DNA of 64,000 bases from Octopus vulgaris (GCA_951406725.2 OX597821.1:90830001-90894000); one strand, 5' to 3'; positions 12,421 through 26,037 are shown, numbered from the stretch's first letter. Translations and numbers: made by a program. Notes: generated from the sequence alone by a model not told the origin.

Positions 12421-12793
12421 GGCAGACAGGCAGTAAGATAGATGATGGATGGATAAATAAATAGAAAAAGACTGAGAAAAAGTAAGTACAACAGAGATAA
12501 ACAGTAGAGAGAGAGAGAGAGAGAGAGAAGGAGAGTGAGAGAGAATGTTGCTGAGAAAAGGAAGCAAGTAGGAGGAAGAGAGATAGAAGAAAGAAGATGG
12601 GTTGGGTGAGAGTGAAAAAGTTAAAGAGAGAGTAAGATAATGGAAGAAAAGACAGTGATAAATTAAGGGACATTCAAGAACCCTAATTATAAGGGTACAA
12701 ACAAGACATATGGTGGAAACGCTAATAAATCAATGCAGGAAAATGTTCAATCAGAGGCAGATATTGATGAGAAGAGAGTGAGATTATCTGAAA

Positions 12794-13148
12794 GGTGGTG
12801 GTGGTGGTGGTGGTGGTGGCGGCGGCGGCGGCGGCGGCGGTTGCGGCAACGGTGGCGGCGGTAGTAGTAGTAGTAGTAGTAGTACTGGTGTTGGTGGTGG
12901 TGGTGGTGATGGCAGCAATGGCAGTAGCAACTGTGGCAGCAATAACAGCGATGCTGGAGGTGGTGGAGGTATGTTGGTCAGTGTCGTTGTCGTCATTGTC
13001 ATTTTCAGAGCAGCAGCAGCAGAGGTATTGGTGGTAGTTGGGGAGGTGGTGGTAGCGTTAGTAGTAGTAGTAGTAGTAGTAGTAGCAGCAGCAGAAGCAG
13101 TAGTAGTAGCAGCAGCAGCAGTAGCAGTAGCATTAGTAGTAGTAGTAA

Positions 13149-13189
<41 letters not shown>
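12794..13189. repeat. Compound trinucleotide microsatellite (GGT/GGC/AGT/AGC)
   Basis: Direct runs. Confidence 0.95.
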
Positions 13190-13199
13190 AACAATGCTA

Positions 13200-13395
13200 T
13201 AGGTTAAAGGGAGGGAACTTTGAGGAGTACCACAAAGCTGCAGTTGGGTTAACAGTATTGTTGTGTCCTATAACAGTATAGACAAGTACTGATTACAAGG
13301 GCTCCATCCATGACCACTGAGTTCTTTACTCAATGGCGGTGCCCCAGCATGGCCACAGCTCGTGAGGTGAAACTAGATAAAATAAAATAAATAAA
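13200..13395 (+). mobile_element. Probable LINE (CR1/L2-type) 3' end sharing its tail with SINE family A
   Basis: GGCGGTGCCCCAGCATGGCCACAGCTCGTGAGGTGAAAC followed by (TAAAA)n; upstream sequence is unrelated to the SINE body. Confidence 0.55.
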
Positions 13396-13849
13396 AAAAA
13401 TATCTACCACTACATTACCCTATATATATCTTTCATATTTAAGGTGGCTGCATGCAGTTTCAGGAAGCAATGACTGTTATTTCTAGCAGTTTAGTAAACA
13501 CATAGCAACAGCTTTTCCAGTTTGTGTAGAAAAGTGATGTTGCTTTATAGCCCTAGGTCATCTCCCATGAAGCAGACCTATCATCAATGATATTCCTGCC
13601 ATAATCATCATTGTATTCTCTATATATAATCGAAAGCTGGTTACATTATCCCTGTATCTTTATTCTGAAGATAACAGACATGCTTTTAGTGAGATTTTGC
13701 TGCTATTTCTAGCATATAAAGGCTCTTTTATTGGTTTTTATAGTGCAGTAGTGTAGATATATGGTCAGGTCAGGTCAAATAAGGGGTCATGTACTATTGC
13801 AGCACATCGCTGCATCAACCATTCGTTGAGATTTACTTGGGTCATTCCT

Positions 13850-14081
13850 ATTTCTTTATTGCCCACAAGGGGCTAAATACAGAGAGGACAAACAAGGACA
13901 GGCAAACGGATTAAGTCGATTATAGCGACCCCAGTGCGTAACTGGTACTTAATTTATCGACCACGAAAGGATGAAGGACAAAGTCGACCTCGGTGGAATT
14001 TGAACCCAGAACGTAATGGCAGACGAAATACCGCTGGGCATTTCGCCCGGCGTGCTAACATTTCTGCCAGCTCGCCGCCTT
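13850..14081 (-). mobile_element. SINE family B with 14-bp TSD
   Basis: TSD CTTGGGTCATTCCT at 13836-13849 and 14082-14095. Confidence 0.94.
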
Positions 14082-14342
14082 CTTGGGTCATTCCTGGCAG
14101 CTTTTGAGCAGCTTTGTAGTCAGTCTCCATTTCTGCAACATACTTCTTCATCCACTATGACCATATGGCATATCATCAACCAGCACCAGCCATCACCCCT
14201 GTTGGATCCTCAAAGATGAGAACACAAATTGCAGAACCCAACTCAGAGAACAGAGCAACATGCCCAACCAGTCAGAGCTGACACTTCCAAAACAGACAAG
14301 CAACAGGATGCATCTCAGTTTCTGAGTATAGGATGCTTTGCA
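14082..14342 (-). mobile_element. Decayed RTE-like LINE ORF C-terminus
   Basis: Translates QL*LVGHVALFSEL...VLIFEDPTG...W, resembling the RTE 'LRxFGHVAR' region; several stops. Confidence 0.6.
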
Positions 14343-15614
14343 GGATTATGGATTATGGATTATGGATTATAACTTAACATTATTCACTATTCAGCTTTTG
14401 TATCCAATGAGTGCCTATACTTGATGCATTGTGTAAATTGCAACAATTGCAGTGGATCAAATCAATAGCATGTACTGTGTGCATTGTCAAAACATGGATT
14501 TCTAAAATGGTTCAAGCACACCAAGTAGTGAAGAGATACAACATAATGGTGAAGTCAATTTCTATAAGCAACAGAGCACAGTACAACTGCCACATGTTAA
14601 CTTGCCATGTAGTGTTTACATCTCCATATGGTGTACAACTCATAAAGACAGCTTCCATTAATTCATACAGCTAGTAATATAATTGACAGTCTCTCACTAT
14701 CTCCTATGTGCCTATCTCTGTTTGTCCTCTCCCAAAGGGACATAACTCTTATCTTATTGGATTTATCACCCATGGTTATTATATACTATTTCGGTGTTAC
14801 CTGTCATATGATGTATAATATTAGGAATATGCTTTTACTACTGTCAGTAATATCAGGTAAAGTTATCTCATTAACTATTATTAGCTAAACAACTTTATTA
14901 TTAATGATAACATGTATTCATCAGGCCACATGCAAAAGAACATACAAATGAATTTATATTATTTCATTTTAATTTAGTTCAGTAATTTGAATATTTTAAA
15001 AATTTATTCTAATTGCATTGTTTTGTGTAAACTGCATGAAATTTGAATGCAGTAAAATTATTATTATAATAATTATGCAGCAAAGAAAAGCTATCCCAAC
15101 ATGTTTCATCTGACCTTTGATAGAACGGAAACATGGGCATATAACTGAGTGAATATATATGGTAATTTATGCCTCAAGGTCAGAGTTAACTTGACATATG
15201 AGATTTGCTCAAAGTATATATGTGTGTGTGTGTATTTGTCTGAGTATCCATAACATATCTATAAAAAGAATGAACATCAAAGCACACTGGTAATGCACAT
15301 ATGTGTGTGTAAATGTGCATGTATCTATCTATATATGTATTTGTACACACACACACACACACACATGCATGGACACACACACACACATACATACACACAC
15401 AAGCATAGACACAGACACATGCATGGACACACACACACACATGCATGGACACTCACACATGCATGGACACACGCACACATACACACATAAGCACGGACGC
15501 ACACATATGCACAGATACACACACATATATACATACATCTGTATATGAAAGTGTGCATATATCTATCTATCTAGCTACCTACCTACCTATCCTCTCTCTC
15601 TTTCTCTTTGTATG

Positions 15615-15659
<45 letters not shown>

Positions 15660-16130
15660 CGATAAAGAAAGAGAGAGATAAATAGATAGATAGAGAGAGA
15701 GATAGATGTACATGTATGCATGCATCTATCTATATCTATAGATATATACATACATATGCATGCATACAAATACACACACACACACATGTATACATCTGTA
15801 TATATACATATATCACAGGGATGCATTTGCTCTGGCATAAGCAACAACAGGTCCATAAAATGCAGGAATATATTCTATGAAAGTATATTTGACAGTTCCC
15901 CATTTGTTTCCATTTAGGCCTGTTTCCAGACATGTCATATCATGAGCATCACTTTTGCTGACCATATCTCTACCTACTTGGAACCGGCTAAAAATCGTTT
16001 TAACGGAGATGACAAAACCCCCCATGTTGTCATTCTTGTTTTTAACATATTTCCATATCATACTGCATTGCTTAGGTAATGTTACATTAAAGAACCACTC
16101 GAGAAAAATGGAATAAATAATATATATATG

Positions 16131-16199
<69 letters not shown>

Positions 16200-16205
16200 T
16201 AAATA

Positions 16206-16247
<42 letters not shown>

Positions 16248-17321
16248 CATATATATATATATATATGTGTATGTATATATATGTGTATATATATATATAT
16301 GTATATATATATATAAGTATAAATGTGTGCCTGTGTGTGTGGATAGACACAGAGGGGAACATACATGTGTACATCTATACATACATGCGTACATTCATAT
16401 ATACATGCATACATGTATACAATACATATAGTCATGTACATATAATTCTACGTACGTACACACACCATTTTCATAAAATAGCGTGCATACCTATATGTTT
16501 GACAGAAAATTACCACAAGAAAATAGTGACACAAACATATACACTTCTGTGCATGTATATACACATCTGGCAATGTTCATGAATGTGTATGTGCGTACAT
16601 ATGTGAACATTCAAATAAATATTTCTTTCTTCCTACGACCAGTTATAAAAGCAGCAGAGAATACTTGTTGTATAAGCAATGTTGCTTCTTACAGTTAACT
16701 AGTTCAAATCCTACTAATTTACATGGTCATCCTCTTGGGACCAATATACAGTATCTAAGAATGAAAAACAGACTTAGAAAATTGATTTCAGTCTGGAAAA
16801 TGTTATGTATTCTAACTTGGAATAACACTTCTGCTGGGCTATATCAGAATGTTAATGGTTATTGTGTTGCACTCTTGGCACAGTTCATTGCCCAGCTTAT
16901 TACAGGTCTCCTGTAGAGTTACTAAACCATTAGATACTGCAACCATAACTTCCTTATGTCACACTCTATCATCTTAAAAAAGAATGGATGAGAACATTTT
17001 GGGTAATGTTAAGCTAGATATACTATGTTTCGAAAAAATAAAAATAAGATGGACATAACTGAAATACTGTTGATTATAAGTCTACTAATTAAGAATGGAC
17101 TTGGGGCTAAATGATGGGAAACAAATTTTGGTAGTAGACCTCAGTGGCAATAGAAACGACATCTACTTCACATGTGGCTCTGATGATGGTTTGCATTGTC
17201 ATGTTGTAAGTTAAAATATTGTAACCTGTAACATGCATGCACACATGGTCACACACTGGTGCATGTGTACACATGTCCACATACACGTGTGTGTGTGTGT
17301 GTGTAAGTGTGTATATATATA

Positions 17322-17590
17322 TGGCTCTACAAGATCGACTGAGCCATAGACAGAACCTGCAGAAAGTGCGGAGTGGGAGAGGAACCAGCGGAGCATGTCA
17401 TCTACGACTTTCCACGGATCCATCACCTGCCGCAAATGCCAAACCCCCCAGATGCTCTGGCCAGTGACCCTCTCCTTGTCCTTCGGATCTGGGAAAAGTG
17501 GACTTCCGCTCCCGACCGCCAGACGTCTCCCAACCCACAGAACGGACGCAGTGAAATCACCCTTACCCATCTTGTTGCTTAACAACAATG
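17322..17590 (+). mobile_element. LINE ORF2 C-terminus with CCHC zinc knuckle (I/Nimb/Ingi-group-like), decayed
   Basis: WLYKID*AIDRTCRKCGVGEEPAEHVIYDFP; GC-rich; ends in (AAC)n. Confidence 0.7.
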
Positions 17591-17881
17591 ACAATAATCA
17601 TCCCAGTGATGTCGGGCATCAACCAAGAGCCCTCGACTACAACAAGACGACCAATGCTGTTGAGGATAATGATGATGCATGTATGTGTGTGTATAAAAAA
17701 ATATATATAAATACTGACAGGAAGGGCATCTGGCTGTAGAAAATCTTGCCACACAAAAAGTGCCGTACACATGTATGCGCACACATACACACACACTCAC
17801 AGACATGCACATACACATGCACACACACACATACACACACCTGCATACACACATACATGCACATACACACACACACACACA

Positions 17882-18124
17882 CAGGGTGGGCTAAAAATCA
17901 AAACAATTGACAGTTTATATATTGAGGATAATGATGATATTGATGATGATGATGATGATGATGACATTATGGTTATTATTACTCATTTTGTTCATCAAAT
18001 ACAAGTATATGTCTATTCATCATTATTTTATTTATTTTATTTAATTTTAGAAAAATTGAATCATGTCTGATAATTCCAGAGCATATTGAACTTATCTTGT
18101 GCATGACTATTGACCCACCCTCTG
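17882..18124. mobile_element. Possible Tc1/mariner-type MITE remnant
   Basis: Ends CAGGGTGGGCTAA and TTGACCCACCCTCTG-TA form an imperfect inverted repeat. Confidence 0.4.
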
Positions 18125-18907
18125 TATTATTATTTATGTATTAACTTATTTATACATACATTTAATACACAGTTAAATGTAGAGATCCTTACACAAATTG
18201 ACTTTTAGATAAGATAGAGATCGGCCAAGATATGATCCTTCTGCAAGTCAGTGAAGCTGGACACTTCACTCTGTCTGTCTCAAAAAAGAAAGTGGAGTAG
18301 GAAGATAAAAAGATTAGCTGTGCTTTGACCATGCATTTAGCTTTCATCTTAAAATCGTATATGGCAGATTCATGTTATGTCCTATATCCTATAAAATTGA
18401 AAAGCATTCATCACGGTACCTCTGCCATACAATCTCTGGTAATTTTAATTAAGTAAAATTATTCCTTCCAACAATACTGTCTTTTACATACCACTAAATG
18501 AACTTGTTAATGCGGTCAGCAAACTTATGCCAATTTTATATTTATGACCAGGCCGTGGCAAAATACACAAGCTAGGAACTCCCTCGAGACTTATCAATAC
18601 CCAAATGAACATAATGACATATTATAGAGCTGAATAATTAGGTAGATTAATCAAGTCATAGATCTTCATTTAATTACTAAGTTTAGAAAATTTTATTAAC
18701 ATCTCACCTAATGAATTTCAAAGTTCATTGGATGTAGAAAGTTTATTTGCCAGCATCTGAAGGTAAACTACAGTACATATAATTTTAAATAATGAATACT
18801 GTTGCTCTACTAACTAAATTAGCCATCTCTCTCTCTCCCTCCCTCTTTCTCTCCCTTTCTCTTTCTTCTCTCTCTCTCTCCTTTTTAATTAATTTATTTT
18901 TTATTAG

Positions 18908-19021
18908 CCTACAAATGCTGAAGCTGGAGCAGCTTATCTTGATTTTGAGGGGCTTAGAGTACAAGACTCTTAAAAGAACAGAATGTCTATTTATTTCATT
19001 GTTAACCCTCATGTACCACTG
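18908..19021 (+). CDS. Candidate 114-bp exon, unknown product
   Basis: Acceptor TTTATTTTTTATTAG, donor CTG|GTAAAC. Phase 2-2 frame is open (LQMLKLEQLILILRGLEYK...); the phase-0 frame reads PTNAEAGAAYLDFEGLRVQDS*. Confidence 0.25.
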
Positions 19022-19207
19022 GTAAACATTCTCCGCAGAGTATTCTAGAGTAAATATGAAATGAAGTGACTTACTCAAGAACGCAATGTGTCATGTTTGA
19101 GAATCAAACATGATATAATTGTTGTGTGTTCAATGCCCTTAACACAAAGTCACATACTTTCCTCAACTCCGTTTTAAGCAATTAAAATTTTTTAAAATAC
19201 TTATCTA

Positions 19208-19634
19208 GGCGTAGGAGTGGCTGCGTGGTAAGTAGCTTGCTTACCAACCATATGGTTCTGTGTTCAGTCCCACTACATGGCATCTTGGGCACGTGTCTTC
19301 TACTATAGCCTCAGCTTGACCAAAGCCTTGTGAGTGGATTTGGTAGACGGAAACTGAAAGAAGCCTGTCGTATATATGTGTATATGTGTGCGCATGTGTG
19401 TGTGTGTGTGTGTGTTTGTGTGTCTGTGTTTGTACCCCCAACATTGCTTGACAGCTGATGCTGGTGTGTTTATGTCCCCATAACTTAGCGGTTCGGCAAA
19501 AGAGACCAATAGAATAAGTACTAGACTTACAAAGAATAAGTCCTGGGGTCGATTTGCTCGACTAAAAGCGGTGCTCCAGCATGGCCACAGTCAAATGACT
19601 GAAACAAATAAAAAGAGTAAAAAGGAGTAAAGAG
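19208..19634 (+). mobile_element. SINE family A
   Basis: Full head-to-tail match to the other copies. Confidence 0.92.
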
Positions 19635-19860
19635 TACTGCTTTAGAAAAGTTCCAATTAGGTCAACTTTTACTAGTTCAAGTGAGATATACCCAAGGGTA
19701 TTCTCCCAAATTTGTAAAAGTGTCGTTACTATACATAAAGATGCCTTAGATCTTGTTAAACTAAAAGCCATTAGCCTGGACTTGCTCACTATTTTACTTG
19801 AAATTCTGGTTCATAGATCTCCTGCCTACTCTCTGTAGCCTTTTCTACAATTATTAAAAA

Positions 19861-20257
19861 CTAGCAGTATCGCCCAGCATTGCTCGGGTTTGTAAGGGAA
19901 ATAACTATATAAGAATTTTTAGAGAGTTATAGCCAAAAAATAGCAAAAAAATGCATTAAAAATGGGAAAAAAAATGATGGTAAATTTTTTTTAAAATCGT
20001 TGACTCATCGTAGACATTTTTAGAGAGTTACTTCCCTTATATAATAGCGAAAAAAATGCATTAAAATGGATAAAAATGATGGTAAATTTTTTTTTAAATC
20101 GTAGACTCATCATAGACACACGCTAATACCCAGACGGGCTCTATATGAATCACAACTATAAGATACCCGCTTTTGGTTACACTGCACTGCAAAATGTGGG
20201 AGTAGTTAGGAATCTAAATCATAGGAGACAGACACACAACTTCTCTTTTATATATGA
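19861..20257 (-). mobile_element. Non-autonomous Helitron
   Basis: Reverse complement of 10630-11025 with TC/CTAG ends. Confidence 0.88.
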
Positions 20258-20650
20258 TTACCTTTGCTCTTCAGCACTGGTGAAGATCATTCCATTCGGC
20301 GCTCCTTCCTTTGCTCATCTTCCTTCGCATTTTTCATAATACATTCATTCACTCCATGGAGCTGTGCATCAACCATTTTACATAGTCTTTCCTCACCATA
20401 ATGTAATCACACCGGAAATTCAATTCCTCCTGATGTTTTCACAGCAAGTGTCAACTTGCAGTTGTTTAAAAGGCAAAAATGAACCATATCTATCTCATTG
20501 ATCTCAAAAATACTTTGCAGGCAATTTGCACCAGTACTAACCTCTCCAGACAAAGCCTTTAATAAAAATTTCAAAAACAAAAAAAAAAACCCACCACCTC
20601 AAGGCTATCAGAAATTTCCAAGCTATCACATAGGTAATCTGGAGGATATT

Positions 20651-21047
20651 TGCAGGTGTGGCTGTGTAGTAAGAAGCTTGCTTCCCAACCACATGGTCCA
20701 GGGTTCAGTCCCACTGCATGGTACTAGTGTCTTCTACTATAGCCTTGGACCAGCCAAAGCCTTGCGAGAAGATTTGGTAGAGGGAAACTGAAAAAAACCT
20801 GTTGTATATATGTTTATATATATCTATGCGTGTGTCTGGCTTTGTCCCCTCACTATCACATGACAACTGGTATTGGTGTGTTTACGTCCCTATAACTATG
20901 CAGTTTGTCAAAAGGTAACAATAGAATAAGCACCAAACTTTTAAAAAATAAGCACTGGGGTTGATGCATTCAACTAAAAATTCTTCAAGACTGTGACCAT
21001 GCTGGGGCACTGTCTAATGACTGAAACGAGTAAAAGATAAAAGATAA
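20651..21047 (+). mobile_element. Older SINE family A copy
   Basis: Diverged but colinear. Confidence 0.8.
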
Positions 21048-21087
21048 ATGATAAATACAAGTGTTTAGCTCATAACAAATGATCCCA

Positions 21088-21131
21088 GCCGACTCTATGT
21101 CGACTCTAAGCCGACTCTGAGCCGACTCTAT
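21088..21131. repeat. 11-bp tandem repeat (GCCGACTCTAT-like) x4
   Basis: Direct inspection. Confidence 0.85.
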
Positions 21132-21457
21132 GAATAAGATATCTGCCACCACAAAATATTCAATTGAAATATAAAGAACTTGGTGGTTGATTTTATCTGT
21201 TATTCCTTTGATGTTGATTAATGAAGTAAAGAAATTACTAGTCAAGTACTTCAGCCCTTTCTTTACACCCTTAAAATCAGCCACACTAAAGATGCCAAGA
21301 AAGGAGTATTCACATCACAGCCCACCAATTCCTGCCATTTTTCTGTGGCCTCACTGATAAAAATGGTTTGTAGATATCAGTATGGATTTTAGTTTCCGTA
21401 CTTTCTTGCATTATCTCCTTCATTGTGTACCTTATTTTAGCTATTTGCATGGAATAA

Positions 21458-21495
<38 letters not shown>

Positions 21496-21521
21496 CATTT
21501 TTTATAAATGTTACTATAGAA

Positions 21522-21921
21522 TTTTTTCTACTCTAGGCACAGGGCCCAGAAGTTTTGGGGAGCGGGGCCAGTCGATTAGATTGACCCCAATACAAAACTG
21601 ATACTTAATTTATCAACCCCGGAAGGATGAAAGGCAAAGTCAATCTTGGCAGAATTTGAACTCAGAATGTAGAAACATACAAAATACCTATTTCTTTACT
21701 ACCCACAAGGAGCTAAACACAGAGAGGACAAACAAGGACAGACAAATGGATTAAGTCGATTACATTGACCCCAGTGTGTAACTGGTACTTAATTCATCGA
21801 CCCCGAAAGAATGAAAGGCAAAGTCGACCTTTGCGGAATTTGAACTCAGAATGTAACGGCAGACGAAATACGGCTACGCATTTCGCCCGGCGTGCTGATG
21901 TTTCTGCCAGCTCAACTCCTT
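21522..21921 (-). mobile_element. Dimeric SINE family B
   Basis: Full monomer followed by a head-truncated second monomer with a different tail; same structure at 31832-32235. Confidence 0.88.
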
Positions 21922-22149
21922 ATTTTAATTACTAATATTAAAGAATTTATAAGCAGTGTGTCTGCGGATACTTGGAGAAGGTGCAGAGTAACTGAACAAA
22001 ATCTCAAGCAAGATTTAAAGGAGTAAGCACAGCATTACCCCACCATTTCTGTTCATAGACATATTGTAATTAAATGATAAGGGTAGAAATTGATGTTAAT
22101 CAATTAAAACCAGTGGCTTAGCATATTTAAAAATCCAAAGATTAAAAAT

Positions 22150-22555
22150 TGTGTGGGCTGTGAGGTAAGTAGTTGGCTAACCAACCACATGGTGCTGGGT
22201 TCAGTCCCACTGCGTGGTATCTTGGGCAAGTGTCTTCTGCTATAGCCCCGGGCCGACCAATGCCTTGTGAGTGGATTTGGTAGACGGAAACTGAAAGAAG
22301 CCTGTCGTATATATGTATATGTATGTATGTGTATGTGTTTGTGTGTCTGTGTTTGTACCCCTAGCATTGCTTGACAACCGATGCTGGTGTGTTTACATCC
22401 CCGTTACTTAGCGGTTCGGCAAAAGAGACCGATAGAATAAGTACTGGGCTTACAAAGAATAAGTCCCTGGGTCAATTTGCTCGACTAAAGGCGGTGCTCC
22501 AAAATGGCCGCAGCCAAATGACTGAAACATGTAAAAGAGTAAAAGAGTAAAAGAG
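22150..22555 (+). mobile_element. SINE family A
   Basis: Colinear match; (GAGTAAAA)n tail. Confidence 0.92.
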
Positions 22556-22787
22556 ATACAAAATTAAGAGGAATGACCACTAAAGTGGACACTCTATTTG
22601 CTAAACATAGACGTCAAATCACCATTACGATGAAGAATGTATTCAAGAAAAAAATCTCAGCAATTTTAGCGTTTTTGCTGAGATTTATTTTTTTCTTGAG
22701 AACACATTCTTTGTGGTAATGGCTATTTGACGTCTATGTTTAGCATATAGGGTTCCACTTTAGTGGTCATTCCTCTTAATTTTATAT
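22556..22787. repeat. Long palindrome/foldback (arms ~110 bp, ~11-nt loop)
   Basis: 22556-22663 is reverse-complementary to 22675-22787. Confidence 0.88.
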
Positions 22788-23068
22788 GCATAGACATATT
22801 GTATATAAATACATATGATGTTGGCTCATGAATCTATAGATATGTTCTATAGAACATAACAGTAATAGAATGAAACACAGCAACACTGTTTAATTTCATA
22901 GAATAACTATTATATAATAGTGATACATAAGTTGCATTTTTTTATAAAAGTTACTATAGAATGTAAAAAAACCTATATAAAAAATTATATTTCACATTGG
23001 AGTATCATCAGTCATGTTTCTGCTCATTGATAATGTTATATCCTACTTATATTTTAATCACATTAAAT

Positions 23069-23350
23069 CTTCTTTGTCCCTTCTTGAGCCACACCAGTTT
23101 CCTTGGCGTATAGGTTCCTTACCTGGATGGGACGCCGGTCTGTCGCAGGTGAGCTGCAAGATGCAGGAGGAAAGAGTGAGAGAAAGTTGTGGCGAAAGTG
23201 TCAGCAGAAGTTCGCCATTACCTTCTGCCAGAGCTGTGTAGAGCTTAGGTGTTTTGCTCATAAACACACTCATCGCCTGATGTGAGATTCAAACCCGTGA
23301 TCCCTCGACTGCGAGTCCGCTGCTCTAACCACTAGGCCATGTGCCTCCAC
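23069..23350 (-). mobile_element. SINE family C (tRNA-derived) with 13-bp TSD
   Basis: Head GGAGGCACATGGCCTAGTGGTTAGAGCAG...GGGTTTGAATC; TSD AATCACATTAAAT at 23056 and 23351. Confidence 0.9.
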
Positions 23351-23414
23351 AATCACATTAAATACCATGGAACATTTATTTGAATTCTAAGTACTGTAAC
23401 TTGTTTAGATATTA

Positions 23415-23717
23415 CTAGCAGTATCGCCCGGCGTTGCTCGGGTTTGTAAGGGAAATTACTATATAAGCATTTTTAGAGAGTTACTTCCCTTATGTAATAG
23501 CAAAAAAATGCATTAAAAATGGGAAAACATGATGGTAAATTTTTTTTTAAATTGTAGACTTATCGTAGACGCGCGCTAATACCCAGAAGGGCTCGATATG
23601 AATCACGACTCTAAGATACTCGCTTTTGGTTAAACTGCACCGCAAAATGTGGGAGTAGTTAGGAATCTAAATCGTAGGAGACAGACACTCACACAACTTC
23701 ACTTTTATATATAAAGA
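23415..23717 (-). mobile_element. Non-autonomous Helitron, short variant
   Basis: TC/CTAG ends and hairpin; lacks the internal duplication. Confidence 0.88.
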
Positions 23718-23946
23718 TTTGCAAGGAAAGTCTCAATCCCTTTAAACAAACCCCATTTCTATAGTATACTCCTGACACTTGCCAGCTGCACCGTGTATGC
23801 CCAGATTAAGATTCATTGTTAAAAAGACATTGCCAGTAATATTTCAAAATGAAGTTAAACATAATCATGTATAAGAGAAAGAGGGAAAGGGGGTTGGGAG
23901 GAGGGAGTGATAGATTATCACTAATTATATATTATAAACATAACTG

Positions 23947-24179
23947 AAGGCGGTGAGCTGGCAGAAATGTTAGCACGCCGGGCGAAATGCATAGCCGTAT
24001 TTCGTCTGCCGTTACATTCTGAGTTCAACTTCCGCCAAGGTCGACTTTGCCTTCCATCCTTTCGGGGTCGATAAATTAAGTACCAGTTACGCACTGGGGC
24101 CGATGTAATCGACTTAATCCCTTTGTCTGTCCTTGTTTGTCCCCTCTATGTTTAGCCCCTTGTGGGCAGTAAAGAAATA
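23947..24179 (+). mobile_element. SINE family B
   Basis: Full monomer; flanking direct repeat TATATATTATAAACATAA. Confidence 0.93.
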
Positions 24180-24467
24180 TATATATTATAAACATAATTA
24201 AGGATTCAATACATATAACACGCGCCTGATCTGATTTTAAGGCATGAAGTAATTTCAGCTATTAATCACTGTAGTATTGTAGTATCTTATCATCGACATC
24301 ATCATCATCACTGTCACTATCATCATCGTTATCGTCATCATCATCATTGAATGTCAGTTTCCCTTGCAAGCATGTCTTGATGGTTTGATAGGATACTGCA
24401 AGTTGCAAGGCTGTGCTGAGCACAAGTGTCAGTTTTGGAGTGGTCCCTATGGCCTGGATGCCCTATC

Positions 24468-24693
24468 TAACCTTTTCTTTACGGCATTTATTTTGAGATG
24501 CTCTGTCTTTTTTTCAATTACTTTAAATATAACGAAGAATTTAGTAAAATAACTTAGCTTTCATTTAGATAGCTTTAGGAACATAAATTATGACTAAGGT
24601 TTGGTGGAAGATTTTAATTCAAAACTTATGAAAACAAGACATTTTTATTCAGTGCCAGAGCTGGTTTCAGTCAGGTTGGTAATGAAAGGGTTA
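24468..24693. mobile_element. Second piggyBac-type MITE, degenerate
   Basis: Ends (C)TAACCTTTTC and GAAAGGG-TTAA. Confidence 0.5.
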
Positions 24694-24805
24694 AGGTGTT
24701 CGCTTCCCAAAAGCAATATTGTTTTCAGGCTCTGAAACCATTGCGTGACATCATGGATAAGTAAGTGTCTTTTAGTATATATAGCCAACATGGCCAACCA
24801 AAGCT

Positions 24806-25216
24806 TTACTCTTTTTACTCTTTTACGTGTTTCAGTCAATTGACTGCAGCCATGCTGGAGCACCGCCTTTAGTCGAGCAAATCGACCCCGGGACTTATTC
24901 TTTGTAAGCCCAGTACTTATTCTATCGCTCTCTTTTGCTGAACTGCTAAGTGACGGGGACGTAAACACACCAGCATCGGTTGTCAATCAATGCTAGGAGG
25001 ACAAACCCAGACACACAAACATATACACACACATATATATATATATACATATATACGACAGGCTTCTTTCAGTTTCCGTCTACCAAATCCACTCACAAGG
25101 CATTGGTCGGCCCGGGGCTATAGCAGAAGACACTTGCCCAAGATGCCACGAGTGGGACTGAACCCGGAACCATATGGTTGGTTAGCAAGCTACTTACCAC
25201 ACAGCCACTCCTGCGC
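24806..25216 (-). mobile_element. SINE family A
   Basis: Full reverse-complement match. Confidence 0.92.
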
Positions 25217-26006
25217 TTTGTGAATGAAATTGGTAGATTTCCTTCACATTGTTTGGTTTATAAGCAGTGGCATCTTGACAGTATCCTTTGCTTGCAGTCC
25301 ACCATGGGAACATGTTGGGGCTGAGTTTGCTTGTGAAACTGGGATTTTTTGCCTTGCAAACTTGCAAACAAGTGAGGTTAGCAACAGGTGGTAGTGGTGG
25401 TGAGGAGGAGGACCATGATGATATTGATGAGAATGATGACAATGAGAATGATGATGATGAAGAATGTTGTTAATATCATAAGAATTACTAAATTAACGAG
25501 ACATTTTTCAGAAGAATCTTTTGAAAGGTCTAGTCATAATTTTTTTTTTTAACTTTCCATCACATAAAATTAAATTGAAATGAAATAATCATTGGAATGG
25601 AAATCATACCACAAAAAAAAAATGATGACTGAATCTTTGCTAAAAAAAACAAAGAAAAAAAACAAGAAAGAAAAACAAACTGGTCTCCATAAAAATAAAT
25701 AATATTTTCAAAAACTTTAATTTGAATTCATAAATGTTTAGTGATGATAAAACATAAACATTGTACAAGGAATACTTGTATATATATATATATATATACA
25801 TACATGCCAAAAAAATTGTATAACTAAATAAACTAACAACAAAAGAAAAAATAGAAACAAAAACAAAAACACAAGCTTCCATTTCCAGTTAGCAAGAAAT
25901 CAAATTTTTATGAAGTGTAACACTGATAAGTTTCCAGACATATTTTAAAATTGTTTGATATTGATGTGTGTGTATGTAAATATATATAAATATGTGTGTG
26001 TCTGTG

Positions 26007-26037
<31 letters not shown>

